The notes beneath the pieces were generated by a model. That model worked only from the letters and a program-made list of their open reading frames with translations. It searched no databases and was not told where the DNA came from. A stretch of 63,726 bases of DNA, filler included. It is 3 parts of 3 records of this genome, joined end to end, with 100 filler letters (N's around TTAATTAATTAA, not from the genome) between each part and the next. Parts side by side here need not be neighbours in the genome. Positions count along the whole stretch, not along the records: positions 1 to 22,045 come from SRR20825019_837; 2 more parts are not named here. The stretch is one strand, 5' to 3'. Below, in pieces: positions 1 through 9,441 of the stretch (positions within the stretch are counted from its first letter, which is position 1; each line of letters starts with the position of its first letter). Position numbers and translations under genes: made by a program.

Positions 1-63
1 TAAGCGTTTCGATTCTGATTCTCTACCGTTTTTTGAACTACCTACACCTTTCTTGTGAGCCAT
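1..63 (-). CDS. rpmA: 50S ribosomal protein bL27, 5' part (runs off the window start)
   Basis: Reverse complement of 1-63 translates as MAHKKGVGSSKNGRESESKRL, the canonical L27 N-terminus. It lies directly downstream of rplU. Not in the ORF track. Confidence 0.97.
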   Translation of the reverse strand, partial: MAHKKGVGSSKNGRESESKRL

Positions 64-87
64 GATATATAAATTTTAGTTCTTTTC

Positions 88-627
88 TTATTTGCTTAAC
101 GCTTCGATCAACTCGGCCTTCTTCATGGAAGAGTAACCGGTAATTTCCTTGGCTTTTGCCATATCCCTTAATTCAGCAACAGTTTTGGAGCTCAAGTCCT
201 CGGTTGCTTTTGGAGCCTCTTTCTTAGGTGCTTCCGCTTTTTTCTCAGCTTTTTTAGGTTCTGCTGCTGGCTTGGATTCTTCCTTTGCCTTTGCAGGAGC
301 TGCTTTCTTGGCACCTTTTGTCAAAATTCCTTCAACAACGATCTCTGTCAAATATTGTCTGTGACCGTTCTTTTTCTGGTAACCTTTACGTCTTTTCTTT
401 TTAAAGACGATGACCTTGTCTCCTTTTAGGTGCTTTACAACTTTGGCCTCAACAGCCGCACCATCTATGACCGGGGCGCCAATGGTTACGTTATCACCAT
501 CTTCCAAAAGAAGAACTTTATCGAAAGTGATTTTATCACCTTCTTCTCCTTGCAAACGGTGAACGTACACTTTTTGGTCTTTAGCAACTTTAAATTGCTG
601 CCCTGCCATCTCTACAATTGCGTACAT
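88..627 (-). CDS. rplU: 50S ribosomal protein bL21 with C-terminal Ala/Lys/Glu linker and Rho-N-like helical domain
   Basis: MYAIVEMAGQQFKV...KKNGHRQYLT L21 core, rplU-rpmA gene order, ~75 aa C-terminal extension. Confidence 0.97.
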   Translation of the reverse strand: MYAIVEMAGQQFKVAKDQKVYVHRLQGEEGDKITFDKVLLLEDGDNVTIGAPVIDGAAVEAKVVKHLKGDKVIVFKKKRRKGYQKKNGHRQYLTEIVVEGILTKGAKKAAPAKAKEESKPAAEPKKAEKKAEAPKKEAPKATEDLSSKTVAELRDMAKAKEITGYSSMKKAELIEALSK

Positions 628-677
628 AATGCGTTAATTAGATTAAAATTATTGCGCTTTATCAAAATTAGCGGGTG

Positions 678-685
678 CAAATATA
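678..685 (-). promoter_or_regulatory. Bacteroidetes-type -7 promoter element (TAnnTTTG) for rplU-rpmA
   Basis: Minus strand reads TATATTTG about 50 nt upstream of the rplU ATG. Confidence 0.7.
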
Positions 686-722
686 CTGCTAAATCCTTAA
701 TCCACAAGTATTCCTCTCCAAT

Positions 723-1178
723 TTAACCCATAATTTTTTTGGAATTGTTGCTCGTTTTAAATAGTTGCATAAATGAAAGTGTCAAAACCAAGGTAGAGGC
801 AAACCCCATAATGGCCACGGTAAAAAACACTATTCCTTGAAAATTCTTGTAATCATTGGACCAGGCAACCGAAAGTTTGTCCAGAAAAGCACTATCCAAT
901 TCCGTTGCATAAAAGGCAAAAAAAATGGTGAACAACAATGTTGCGATAAAGCCAGTGGTTATACCGGCCGTGAACCCATTTCCATAACTGAAAGACTTAC
1001 CCTGTTTTATCTTGGTATATTTAATGGTCTCATAGATGCCAAAACCTGTTATTATACCATTGAACAGGCTATAAAAAACATTGGTATGCTTGCCCATTAA
1101 GGCCAAAATCAAAAAATACGCAATCAGCACAGCACTGGTGACTATGCCAAAACGAATCGGGAGAGTTAAATTTTTCAT
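723..1178 (-). CDS. DUF4199-like four-TM membrane protein
   Basis: Four hydrophobic segments and a SYGNGFTAG motif typical of this Bacteroidetes family. Start at MKNLTLP (1178) preferred over 1199. Confidence 0.65.
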   Translation of the reverse strand: MKNLTLPIRFGIVTSAVLIAYFLILALMGKHTNVFYSLFNGIITGFGIYETIKYTKIKQGKSFSYGNGFTAGITTGFIATLLFTIFFAFYATELDSAFLDKLSVAWSNDYKNFQGIVFFTVAIMGFASTLVLTLSFMQLFKTSNNSKKIMG

Positions 1179-1362
1179 ATTGTATTTTTTTGAATTCATT
1201 GTATAATTTACTGAATGTTTGCGAATTATCCCACTCTTTGAGACTAAAGACCAGGTTAAAATTTACCTGCTGCCCGAAAATATTTTATATTTAGCGTAAC
1301 ATCGATTGATAAATCGATACCAACCTCTTAGCAACATCAATTTTTAAATACTGACTATTAAA

Positions 1363-2685
1363 ATGAAAAAACATTTGTTTACTGCATCTGCCATGCTCTT
1401 TGCAGCAACTAGCCTTTTTGCACAAGAGGTGGTTTTTGAAGAGTATGACCTGGACAACGGGCTCCATGTGATCTTACATCAAGACAATGGTGCTCCAGTG
1501 GTGACCACATCGGTGATGTACCATGTGGGATCTAAAGACGAAGACCCGGACAAAACGGGTTTTGCACACTTTTTTGAACATCTGCTCTTCGAGGGCACCA
1601 AAAACATTGAACGAGGCCAGTGGGACCAAATAACCGCGGCCAACGGAGGGAGAAACAATGCCAATACCTTTTTGGATCGCACCTACTATTATGAGGTTTT
1701 CCCTTCCAATAGTTTGGAAGTTGGACTTTGGTTGGAGTCAGAGCGATTAATGCATCCCATTATTGGCCAAGTTGGCGTAGACACCCAAAAAGAAGTGGTA
1801 CAAGAAGAAAGAAGACTCAGGACCGACAATGCCCCCTATGGTGCATTTTTTGAGCAAATCTTGAAAAACCTCTACACAAAGCACTCTTATAGATGGGGAG
1901 TAATCGGTTCTTTAGACCATTTGGCAAGCGCCACTTTGGAGGACTTCAAAAAATTCAACCAAACTTATTATGTTCCCAACAATGGAGTATTGGTCGTAGC
2001 GGGTGATTTTGAAACCGCAAAAACCAAAAAAATGATAGAGGACTATTTTGGCCCCATTCCAAGGGGAGCCGAAATAAAGAGACCCAATATCAAGGAAGAC
2101 CCTATCACCGAGACAAAGTTTGCCAAATATTACGACCCGAATATTCAAATTCCGGCCATTCTATTGGCATACAGAACGCCTGGACAAGGACAACGGGACG
2201 CTTATGTCATTAACATGATCTCCACTTATCTGAGCGATGGTGAAAGTTCCAAGTTGTACAAAAAATTGGTTGACGAGAAAAAAATCGCACTTCAAATACT
2301 TTCTGTTCCCATTGATGCCGAAGATTACAGCTCGTACATTGTTGGTGGTCTTCCTGTTGGAGACAATTCCATTCAAGATATCAAAAAAGAAATCGATGAA
2401 GAGATTTTGAAGCTTCAAATGGAATTGATTTCCGAAAAAGATTATCAAAAACTTCAAAACAAGTTCGAAAATCAATTCGTGAATGCCAACAGCAGCGTGG
2501 AAGGCATTGCAAATTCCTTGGCCGAAAACTATATGCTAAAGGATGACACGAACCTCATCAATACCGAAATAGATATCTACCGCTCCATTACCCGCGAGGA
2601 AATCATGGAAGTGGCCAAAAAATATTTGAAGGTGAACCAACGTGTTGAGTTGGAATATTTGCCAGAACAAAAAGACGCTAATTAA
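1363..2685 (+). CDS. M16 (pitrilysin) zinc peptidase, catalytic subunit
   Basis: Signal peptide, LDNGLHV, inverted zinc motif HFFEH, NANT. Confidence 0.93.
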   Translation: MKKHLFTASAMLFAATSLFAQEVVFEEYDLDNGLHVILHQDNGAPVVTTSVMYHVGSKDEDPDKTGFAHFFEHLLFEGTKNIERGQWDQITAANGGRNNANTFLDRTYYYEVFPSNSLEVGLWLESERLMHPIIGQVGVDTQKEVVQEERRLRTDNAPYGAFFEQILKNLYTKHSYRWGVIGSLDHLASATLEDFKKFNQTYYVPNNGVLVVAGDFETAKTKKMIEDYFGPIPRGAEIKRPNIKEDPITETKFAKYYDPNIQIPAILLAYRTPGQGQRDAYVINMISTYLSDGESSKLYKKLVDEKKIALQILSVPIDAEDYSSYIVGGLPVGDNSIQDIKKEIDEEILKLQMELISEKDYQKLQNKFENQFVNANSSVEGIANSLAENYMLKDDTNLINTEIDIYRSITREEIMEVAKKYLKVNQRVELEYLPEQKDAN

Positions 2686-2686
2686 G

Positions 2687-4759
2687 ATGAAAAAGTATTT
2701 AGTTTTAGCTGCGCTGTCCTTGTTCATGACAGCCACATACGCACAGATAGACAGAAGCACGCCCCCTGAACCAGGGCCTGCACCAAAAATAAATTTAAAA
2801 GAACCCGCCCGTTTTGAACTAAAGAATGGTTTGAAGGTACTCGTAGTGGAAAATCACAAGTTGCCACGGGTCCGAATCCAGCTGTCCATCGACAACCCAC
2901 CTATTTTGGAAGGAGACAAAGCAGGAGTTTCCGCCTTGACGGGAAGCATGCTCGGCAAAGGATCCAAAAACATCCCAAAAGACGAGTTTTATGAAGAAGT
3001 GGATTTTTTAGGAGCCAATATTTACATCGGTGAGCAAAGCGCCTTTGCAAGTTCCTTATCCAAATATTTTCCAAGGGTTCTTGAGTTGATGGCAGATGCC
3101 GCTATCAACCCGAACTTTCTCCAAGAAGAGTTTGAAAAGGAAAAAGAAAAGGTGATTACCGGAATCAAATCGGAAGAAAAGGATGTTTCAGCGATTGCGG
3201 ACAGGGTTCAAGCAGCGTTAGCGTATGGCAAAAACCACCCGTATGGCGAATTTATGACCGAAGAAACGGTAAACAATGTTTCCCTAGTGGATGTGGAGCA
3301 GTTCTACCGGTCCTATTTTGTTCCAGCCAATGCCTATTTAGTAGTAATTGGTGATGTGGAGTTTGACACAGTTAAAGAACTTGTCACAGAAGCATTTACG
3401 CCATGGACCAAGGCCGTACCGCCATCCCTCAGCTATTCGGACCCACAAGACGTGCAGTACACACAAATCAACTTTGTTGATGTTCCGAACGCCGTTCAAT
3501 CCGAAGTAGCAGTGGAAAACATCACGAATTTAAAAATGAAGGACGAGGACTATTTGGATGCTCTTTTAGCCAATAGGATATTGGGCGGTGGATCACAAGC
3601 CCGTCTGTTCAAAAATTTAAGGGAGGACAAAGGGTATACCTATGGTTCGTATTCTGGTATCCGTGCCAATAAATTCAGTCCAATGCGGTTCAATGCCTAC
3701 GCCCAAGTTAGAAATGCCGTAACCGATAGCTCGGTGGTCGAAATTTTGAAAGAAATCGATAAAATGACCTCCGAACCCGTATCCGATGAAGAATTGGCCA
3801 ATGCCAAGGCCAAATATGCCGGTAGTTTTGTAATGGCTTTGGAAAAACCTGAAACAGTTGCAGAATACGCATTGAACATTGAAACAGAAAATCTTCCAAA
3901 AGACTTTTACGAAACGTATCTGGAGCGTTTGGACGCCATCTCAAAAGAAGATGTACTTAAAGCCTCCAAAAAATACTTTTCAACCTCCAATGCCCGTGTA
4001 GTGGTCACCGGAAAAGGTACGGATGTGCTAGAAAATTTGAAAAAAGTGAATTTTAATGGAAAAGCTGTTCCCGTTCTTTACTATGACAAATATGCCAATA
4101 AAACAGATAAACCAGAATATGGCGCAGCTATACCCGAAGGAATCGATGCCAATACTGTTTTGGAGAATTATATTGAGGCCATCGGCGGAAAAGCCAAATT
4201 GGACGCCGTGGATTCGTATTCAATGGTGGCAGAAGCCGAAATGCAGGGCATGAAATTGGAGCTTGAAATGAAGAAAACAACCCAAGACCAGTTTATGCAA
4301 AACATAAAAGTACAGGGCAACTCTATGCAAAAACAGGTTTTGGATGGTGACTCCGGATATATGGTAATGCAGGGTCAACGCAAAGACCTTTCCGCTGAAG
4401 AAGTCGCAAAAATCAAAGAAGAATCAGCGGCATTCCCAGAGCTGAACTATTTGGCCGCAGGCGATGTTACGCTCGAAGGAGTTGAACCCGTTGGCGACAA
4501 AAAAGCGTACAAATTGAAGATAAGCGATCGAAAAACCGCTTTTTATGACATGGAAACAGGACTAAAGGTACAGGAAATCGTTACCCAAGAAGTGCAAGGA
4601 CAGCAAATGACAAGTACTATTGGATACGGAGATTACCAAGAAGTTTCCGGAATCAAGTTCCCATTTAAGTTGATGCAGAGCATGGGGCCACAGAACATGG
4701 AGTTTATTGTGAAAGAAATTAAGGTGAACGAAGGCGTTGAAGCCTCAGACTTTAAATAA
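2687..4759 (+). CDS. M16 peptidase-like non-catalytic partner subunit with ~200 aa C-terminal extension
   Basis: Signal peptide MKKYLVLAALSLF, LKNGLKV, RLFKNLREDKGYTYG. No HXXEH. ATG lies 1 nt after the upstream stop. Confidence 0.9.
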   Translation: MKKYLVLAALSLFMTATYAQIDRSTPPEPGPAPKINLKEPARFELKNGLKVLVVENHKLPRVRIQLSIDNPPILEGDKAGVSALTGSMLGKGSKNIPKDEFYEEVDFLGANIYIGEQSAFASSLSKYFPRVLELMADAAINPNFLQEEFEKEKEKVITGIKSEEKDVSAIADRVQAALAYGKNHPYGEFMTEETVNNVSLVDVEQFYRSYFVPANAYLVVIGDVEFDTVKELVTEAFTPWTKAVPPSLSYSDPQDVQYTQINFVDVPNAVQSEVAVENITNLKMKDEDYLDALLANRILGGGSQARLFKNLREDKGYTYGSYSGIRANKFSPMRFNAYAQVRNAVTDSSVVEILKEIDKMTSEPVSDEELANAKAKYAGSFVMALEKPETVAEYALNIETENLPKDFYETYLERLDAISKEDVLKASKKYFSTSNARVVVTGKGTDVLENLKKVNFNGKAVPVLYYDKYANKTDKPEYGAAIPEGIDANTVLENYIEAIGGKAKLDAVDSYSMVAEAEMQGMKLELEMKKTTQDQFMQNIKVQGNSMQKQVLDGDSGYMVMQGQRKDLSAEEVAKIKEESAAFPELNYLAAGDVTLEGVEPVGDKKAYKLKISDRKTAFYDMETGLKVQEIVTQEVQGQQMTSTIGYGDYQEVSGIKFPFKLMQSMGPQNMEFIVKEIKVNEGVEASDFK

Positions 4760-4778
4760 TCAAAACTCTTAATAACGT

Positions 4779-4809
4779 AAAAAGGCGCTCTAAATAGCGC
4801 CTTTTTTTT
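4779..4809 (+). terminator. Intrinsic terminator
   Basis: AAAAAGGCGCT-ctaaat-AGCGCCTTTTTTTT hairpin plus U-tract. Confidence 0.85.
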
Positions 4810-4904
4810 GTGCCGTACTTTATAACCGTCGCTTAACACTTATTAGATATTTATTATGCGTTGATATTCCACATATCGTTATTTTTGTAACTAAACAATA
4901 CACC

Positions 4905-5339
4905 ATGAGAAAAGTATTACCCTTGCTGATATGCACCATTTTGCTTTTGAGTTTTTCCTGCAAGCAAGAGAAAAAAGCCTCTGAAGAACAAACCCAAATG
5001 AAAGAGGTTATGGCCATTCACGACGAGGTGATGCCTAAAATGAGTACGATAGGTAAATTGGTCGGAGAACTTAAGCCAAAAGTAGATTCCACCGAAATGG
5101 GCCAAAAATATGAAGTGGCCATGAAAGACCTTCAAGATGCCAACACCGCAATGATGGATTGGATGAAAGATTTTGGCGATCGCTTTAACCATGAGGAAAT
5201 CTTGAACGGCAAGGAACTCTCCGAAGAAAAACAACAATGGCTGGATGAGGAAGAAGAAAAGGTAAAAGTGGTGAAGGAAAAAATCAATGGTAGTATCGCT
5301 CGCGCCGAAGCTCTATTGACCAAGGATACAGTACAGTAA
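4905..5339 (+). CDS. Hypothetical helical lipoprotein
   Basis: Lipobox LLLSFSC, EVMAIHDEVMPKM and MMDWM motifs. TATTTTTG promoter element at 4880-4887. Confidence 0.75.
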   Translation: MRKVLPLLICTILLLSFSCKQEKKASEEQTQMKEVMAIHDEVMPKMSTIGKLVGELKPKVDSTEMGQKYEVAMKDLQDANTAMMDWMKDFGDRFNHEEILNGKELSEEKQQWLDEEEEKVKVVKEKINGSIARAEALLTKDTVQ

Positions 5340-5341
5340 TT

Positions 5342-5899
5342 TTATTTTTTCCAACGCAGACTTTCCATGATCCTCCGAATATCGTTCTGAAGGTACATCG
5401 CCGCAGGCAGAATGGAATCGTAATTAGGTTTGGCATAAAAATACAAGGAACCCGTCACAAAGTGATTGATGCTATCCGTTACATAAAACTGGGATTGTGA
5501 GGCGGCGTTTCCACTTACTTCGTAGAACATGCCATAAACCCCGTCTTCTCTATTTATAAATGGTTGTTCCACTATGTTGTCTGCCTTCACCACATGTTCG
5601 TAAGATAGTTTTTGTGCATCCACAAGCAACGTGTCCAAATTTCCTTTGACAGGTTTATAAGTCAAATAAATGGACCCGTTCATCATAGGATAATCAAGCA
5701 CCATGGAGCAATCTTTGCTTTCCTTTATTTCTGAAAGGGTGTTCTTATCAAAAGTATATACACAATCTGGGCCGGATTCCACATATTCAGCAGTAGGATA
5801 ATCCAATCGCAACATGGCTTTAGGTTTTGGTAATACCTCTTCCTTACATCCTATGAACATTGTTCCTATTAAAATGAGAAATAAAATCTTATGCTTCAT
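5342..5899 (-). CDS. gldD: Gliding motility lipoprotein GldD
   Basis: Lipobox FIGC, LPKPKAMLRLDYP, GNAASQSQFYVTDS, PNYDSILPA. Follows gldE. Confidence 0.93.
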   Translation of the reverse strand: MKHKILFLILIGTMFIGCKEEVLPKPKAMLRLDYPTAEYVESGPDCVYTFDKNTLSEIKESKDCSMVLDYPMMNGSIYLTYKPVKGNLDTLLVDAQKLSYEHVVKADNIVEQPFINREDGVYGMFYEVSGNAASQSQFYVTDSINHFVTGSLYFYAKPNYDSILPAAMYLQNDIRRIMESLRWKK

Positions 5900-7199
5900 G
5901 GGGCAAGGTTACTTTTATGCGTTTCAATCTCTTTTTATCCATACTCTCCACCACAAAAGTATACGTATTGAACAGCACCTTCTCTCCTATCTTCGGAAAA
6001 CTACCTGAAATTTCAAGCACAAATCCGGCAATGGTCTCAGACTCTCCCTTTTTGCTCTCGAACTCATCTTCTTCTTCAATTTTTACCACACGATAAAAAT
6101 CCTTCAGTGTAGTTTTTCCATCAAATACATAGTTATGGTCGTCCAATTTGGAAAATACAAGGTCTTCATCATCAAATTCATCGCTGATATCGCCAACGAT
6201 TTCTTCGATAATATCTTCCAAGGTTACAATTCCCGATGTCCCTCCATACTCATCCACCACAACGGCCAAATGGTTCTTCTTGTCCTGAAACTCCAACAGC
6301 AAGTCGTCCAGCTTTTTGTTCTCTGGAACAAAATAGGGTTCACGGATGAGCGACATCCAGTTAAAGGTTTTTCTATCAATATAGGGCAACAAGTCCTTCA
6401 CATATAGAACGCCCAAAACATTGTCCATATTCTCCGAAAACACGGGAATCCTAGAATAACCGTTCTTTTTTATTTCTAGAAGAACCTCTGGAAATTTCAT
6501 CTTTTCATTGACCGCGAATATATCTATCCGAGGTCGCATTACTTGTTTGGTATCAGTATTCCCAAAGGTTACTATGCCTTCCAAAATCTTCTGTTCTTCT
6601 TTGGTAGTATCACCTTCAGAGGCCAGTTCCAAAGCTTGGGAAAGATGGTTTATGCTCAAATTGGATTTTTTCTTCCCCAATTTATCCTCCATAAACAATG
6701 TAACCGAACGCATCGGAGAACTTAATGGTGTAAAAATATAGCTGAGCACTTTCAACGGAACAGCAATAAACTGAGAAAACTGTACACGGTTACGATTGGC
6801 GTATATTTTGGGGAGAATTTCCCCGAACATCAATATTAAGAAGGTCGCCGTTACCACTTCCAGTAAAAAACGAAGGGTTCCGTCAATATCGGCAAAAATG
6901 GTGTTGCCAATGGAACTGAACAGCAGCACAATTCCGATATTTATGGCATTATTGGTAATTAAAATAGTAGCCAACAGCTTTTTGGGCTTTTCCAATAATT
7001 CCACGATCATTTTTCCGCGGGACGAGTTGCTCTCTTGCATTTCGTTCAAGTCGGTCTGCGAAAGACCAAAAAAGGCCACTTCAGCGGCCGAAATCAATGC
7101 GGAGCAGGCCAAAAGAAGTACTAGTACAACTATCTTTAAAGTGAATATTCCACTGGTAGTGGACAGATAAAATGCCAAACTATGGGGCTCGGGATCCAA
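5889..7199 (-). CDS. gldE: Gliding motility-associated protein GldE (CNNM/DUF21-CBS-CorC)
   Basis: FGEILPK, GYSRIPV, VVDEYGGTSGIVTLEDIIEEIVG. ssb-gldE-gldD synteny. Confidence 0.92.
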   Translation of the reverse strand: MDPEPHSLAFYLSTTSGIFTLKIVVLVLLLACSALISAAEVAFFGLSQTDLNEMQESNSSRGKMIVELLEKPKKLLATILITNNAINIGIVLLFSSIGNTIFADIDGTLRFLLEVVTATFLILMFGEILPKIYANRNRVQFSQFIAVPLKVLSYIFTPLSSPMRSVTLFMEDKLGKKKSNLSINHLSQALELASEGDTTKEEQKILEGIVTFGNTDTKQVMRPRIDIFAVNEKMKFPEVLLEIKKNGYSRIPVFSENMDNVLGVLYVKDLLPYIDRKTFNWMSLIREPYFVPENKKLDDLLLEFQDKKNHLAVVVDEYGGTSGIVTLEDIIEEIVGDISDEFDDEDLVFSKLDDHNYVFDGKTTLKDFYRVVKIEEEDEFESKKGESETIAGFVLEISGSFPKIGEKVLFNTYTFVVESMDKKRLKRIKVTLPHEA

Positions 7200-7225
7200 T
7201 TTAGTATTGCTTTAGACTTTTTATT

Positions 7226-7693
7226 CTAGAATGGTAGGTCATCCTCTTCTTCTGTATTATCGATTGGTGACGCTGAACCTTGATTGTTGCTGGGCTCTTG
7301 GTAATTGGAAGGTGACGAACCTGAACCTGATGATTGTGCATTTGCCATACTTTCCTTCTTGGTCGTTAAAAAAGTAAAGTCTTGCACGTGCACCTCGGTG
7401 GTATACCTCATATTGCCATCTTCACCTTGCCATTGTCTGTTTTTTAAACGGCCCTCTACGTAAACTTTATCTCCCTTACTGAGATATTTTTCGCATATTT
7501 CCGCTCCTTTGTTGCGCACTACAATATTGTGCCAATCCGTATTGGTCACCTTTTCGCCCGTTTGCCTATTGGTATAGGTTTCGTTGGTGGCCAAAGGAAA
7601 TCTACCGATGCAGTTTCCGCCCTCAAAATAGTGCATTTTTACTTCGTCTCCCAAATGCCCGATCAGCATTACTTTGTTCAATGTTCCGCTCAT
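7226..7693 (-). CDS. ssb: Single-stranded DNA-binding protein
   Basis: LNKVMLIGHLG OB fold and acidic DDLPF tail. Confidence 0.97.
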   Translation of the reverse strand: MSGTLNKVMLIGHLGDEVKMHYFEGGNCIGRFPLATNETYTNRQTGEKVTNTDWHNIVVRNKGAEICEKYLSKGDKVYVEGRLKNRQWQGEDGNMRYTTEVHVQDFTFLTTKKESMANAQSSGSGSSPSNYQEPSNNQGSASPIDNTEEEDDLPF

Positions 7694-7717
7694 ATCTCTC
7701 TTAATTAATCAAAAGTA

Positions 7718-8755
7718 CTAAATTTTCAATGTCTTGATAAAATCTGCTATCAAAACTGGTACGGGAAAACCTCCGATTTCTTTCCAAGGTGTTCCTTCCT
7801 TTAATATATCAGAAGTTTTTAGGATCCAAAATTGTGTGTGTAAATGTTGATGTGATAGTTTGTGTACGACTGGTTTATTATTATATAATGATAGGGATTC
7901 TGTTTTTGGAAGGTTATTTTTTTTATTGATCAAGGGCCTCAATGCTTCGGCCTGAAGCATTTTCTCCGATTCAATCAATGGAAACTGATATAAATTCTGC
8001 CAAATCCCTTTTCCTGTTCGTTGCTCCAAAATGGTGTTTCCATCATCATCCAATAACACCAAATAATTAAAGTACCTATTCCGAATCTTTGTTTTGTTCA
8101 ACTTAACCGGAAGTTGATCAACTTTGTTCTCTTGGAGCGCAACACAACTTTCTTGTAGCGGACACAGCAAACAATATGGGTTTTTTGGTGCACATTGTAT
8201 TGCGCCGAACTCCATGATCCCTTGGTTGTAATCCCGGATGTTCTCCGGATCCATCACTTCACGAGCAAGTTCTTTAAAATATTTGATGCCCTCGGTACTA
8301 TTTATAGGTATATCTATTCCAAAATATCGTGACAAAACACGGTACACGTTGCCATCCACTACGGGTTCCGGAACATCAAAGCAGAAAGATGCAATGGCAC
8401 TTGCCGTATAATCACCCACTCCTTTTAACGATTTTAAGCCCTTGTAGGTTTCGGGAAACTTCCCCTCAAAATCCTCCGCCACCATTTTAGCCGTTGTGTG
8501 CAAATTGCGTGCCCGGGAATAATACCCGAGTCCCTGCCACAGTTTCAACACCTGTTCCTCGGGGGCATTGGCAAGATCGTGAACGGTGGGAAAGGCTTCC
8601 ACAAACCTTAAGTAATAAGGCATTCCCTGAGCAACGCGGGTCTGTTGAAGAATAATTTCCGACAGCCAAACTTTGTACGGGTCACGCGTTTGTCTCCAAG
8701 GAAGATCGCGTTGATGTTCACGGTACCAATTCAGTATTTTTGGGGCAAAAGTCAT
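7718..8755 (-). CDS. mutY: A/G-specific adenine glycosylase MutY
   Basis: WLSEIILQQT, GLGYYSRARN, HhH-GPD VDGNV, Fe-S motif C-x6-C-x2-C-x5-C. Confidence 0.97.
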   Translation of the reverse strand: MTFAPKILNWYREHQRDLPWRQTRDPYKVWLSEIILQQTRVAQGMPYYLRFVEAFPTVHDLANAPEEQVLKLWQGLGYYSRARNLHTTAKMVAEDFEGKFPETYKGLKSLKGVGDYTASAIASFCFDVPEPVVDGNVYRVLSRYFGIDIPINSTEGIKYFKELAREVMDPENIRDYNQGIMEFGAIQCAPKNPYCLLCPLQESCVALQENKVDQLPVKLNKTKIRNRYFNYLVLLDDDGNTILEQRTGKGIWQNLYQFPLIESEKMLQAEALRPLINKKNNLPKTESLSLYNNKPVVHKLSHQHLHTQFWILKTSDILKEGTPWKEIGGFPVPVLIADFIKTLKI

Positions 8756-8836
8756 GCAAGAAAGTAATAAAGCCCAAATGTATCAGTTTATATACTTAAA
8801 ATTAAAGGGTTAAAGGGAAAGATTAATTATAATGTT

Positions 8837-8844
8837 TATATTTG
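8837..8844 (+). promoter_or_regulatory. Bacteroidetes-type -7 promoter element for the HU gene
   Basis: TATATTTG about 35 nt upstream of ATG 8880. Confidence 0.7.
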
Positions 8845-8879
8845 CAAGCCGAAAAAAATTAGAAAATTAATAATACAAA

Positions 8880-9170
8880 ATGACGAAAGCAGATATTGTA
8901 ACTAGGATCTCGGAGAAACTAGGTATTGAAAAAGGAGATGTGCAAGCGACAGTGGAATCCTTTATGGAAGAAGTAAAATCATCCTTGGAGAATGGTGATA
9001 ATGTTTATTTAAGAGGTTTTGGTAGCTTTATCATCAAGACCAGAGCGGAAAAAACAGGTAGGAATATCTCTAAGAACACTACCATTAAAATTCCTGCACA
9101 CAATATCCCTGCATTCAAGCCAGCCAAAGTTTTTGTGGAAGGCGTAAAGACTAACGTACAAGTAAAATAA
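8880..9170 (+). CDS. HU/IHF family DNA-binding protein
   Basis: MTKADIV, LRGFGSF, GRNISKNTTIKIPA, PAFKP. Confidence 0.96.
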   Translation: MTKADIVTRISEKLGIEKGDVQATVESFMEEVKSSLENGDNVYLRGFGSFIIKTRAEKTGRNISKNTTIKIPAHNIPAFKPAKVFVEGVKTNVQVK

Positions 9171-9199
9171 TATAATTAACAACACTAAAGCAAGAGCAT

Positions 9200-9289
9200 A
9201 TGCCGAGTGGAAAGAAAAGAAAAAGACATAAGGTAGCCACGCACAAGCGTAAGAAGCGCAGAAGAGCTAACCGACACAAGAAAAAGTAG
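9200..9289 (+). CDS. Small basic ribosomal protein bS22 (AURKAIP1/COX24-like), 29 aa
   Basis: ATG 9200 to TAG 9289 translates as MPSGKKRKRHKVATHKRKKRRRANRHKKK. Below the ORF-track length cutoff. Confidence 0.85.
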   Translation: MPSGKKRKRHKVATHKRKKRRRANRHKKK

Positions 9290-9307
9290 TTGTTTCAACT
9301 ACTTTTT
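9281..9307 (+). terminator. Terminator-like hairpin overlapping the bS22 stop
   Basis: AAAAAGTAGTTG-ttt-CAACTACTTTTT, a perfect 12-bp stem. Confidence 0.7.
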
Positions 9308-9441
9308 CGTTTTACCCTATCACGTTCTTTGACATAGAGATTCAAGAAACGAATTTCAATCGGTCCGAAAAATGGCCGATTCCATATATTGTTTAATCAT
9401 TTATCCCGAAATTCATGCGGGATAAATAAAAATCGATTCAG

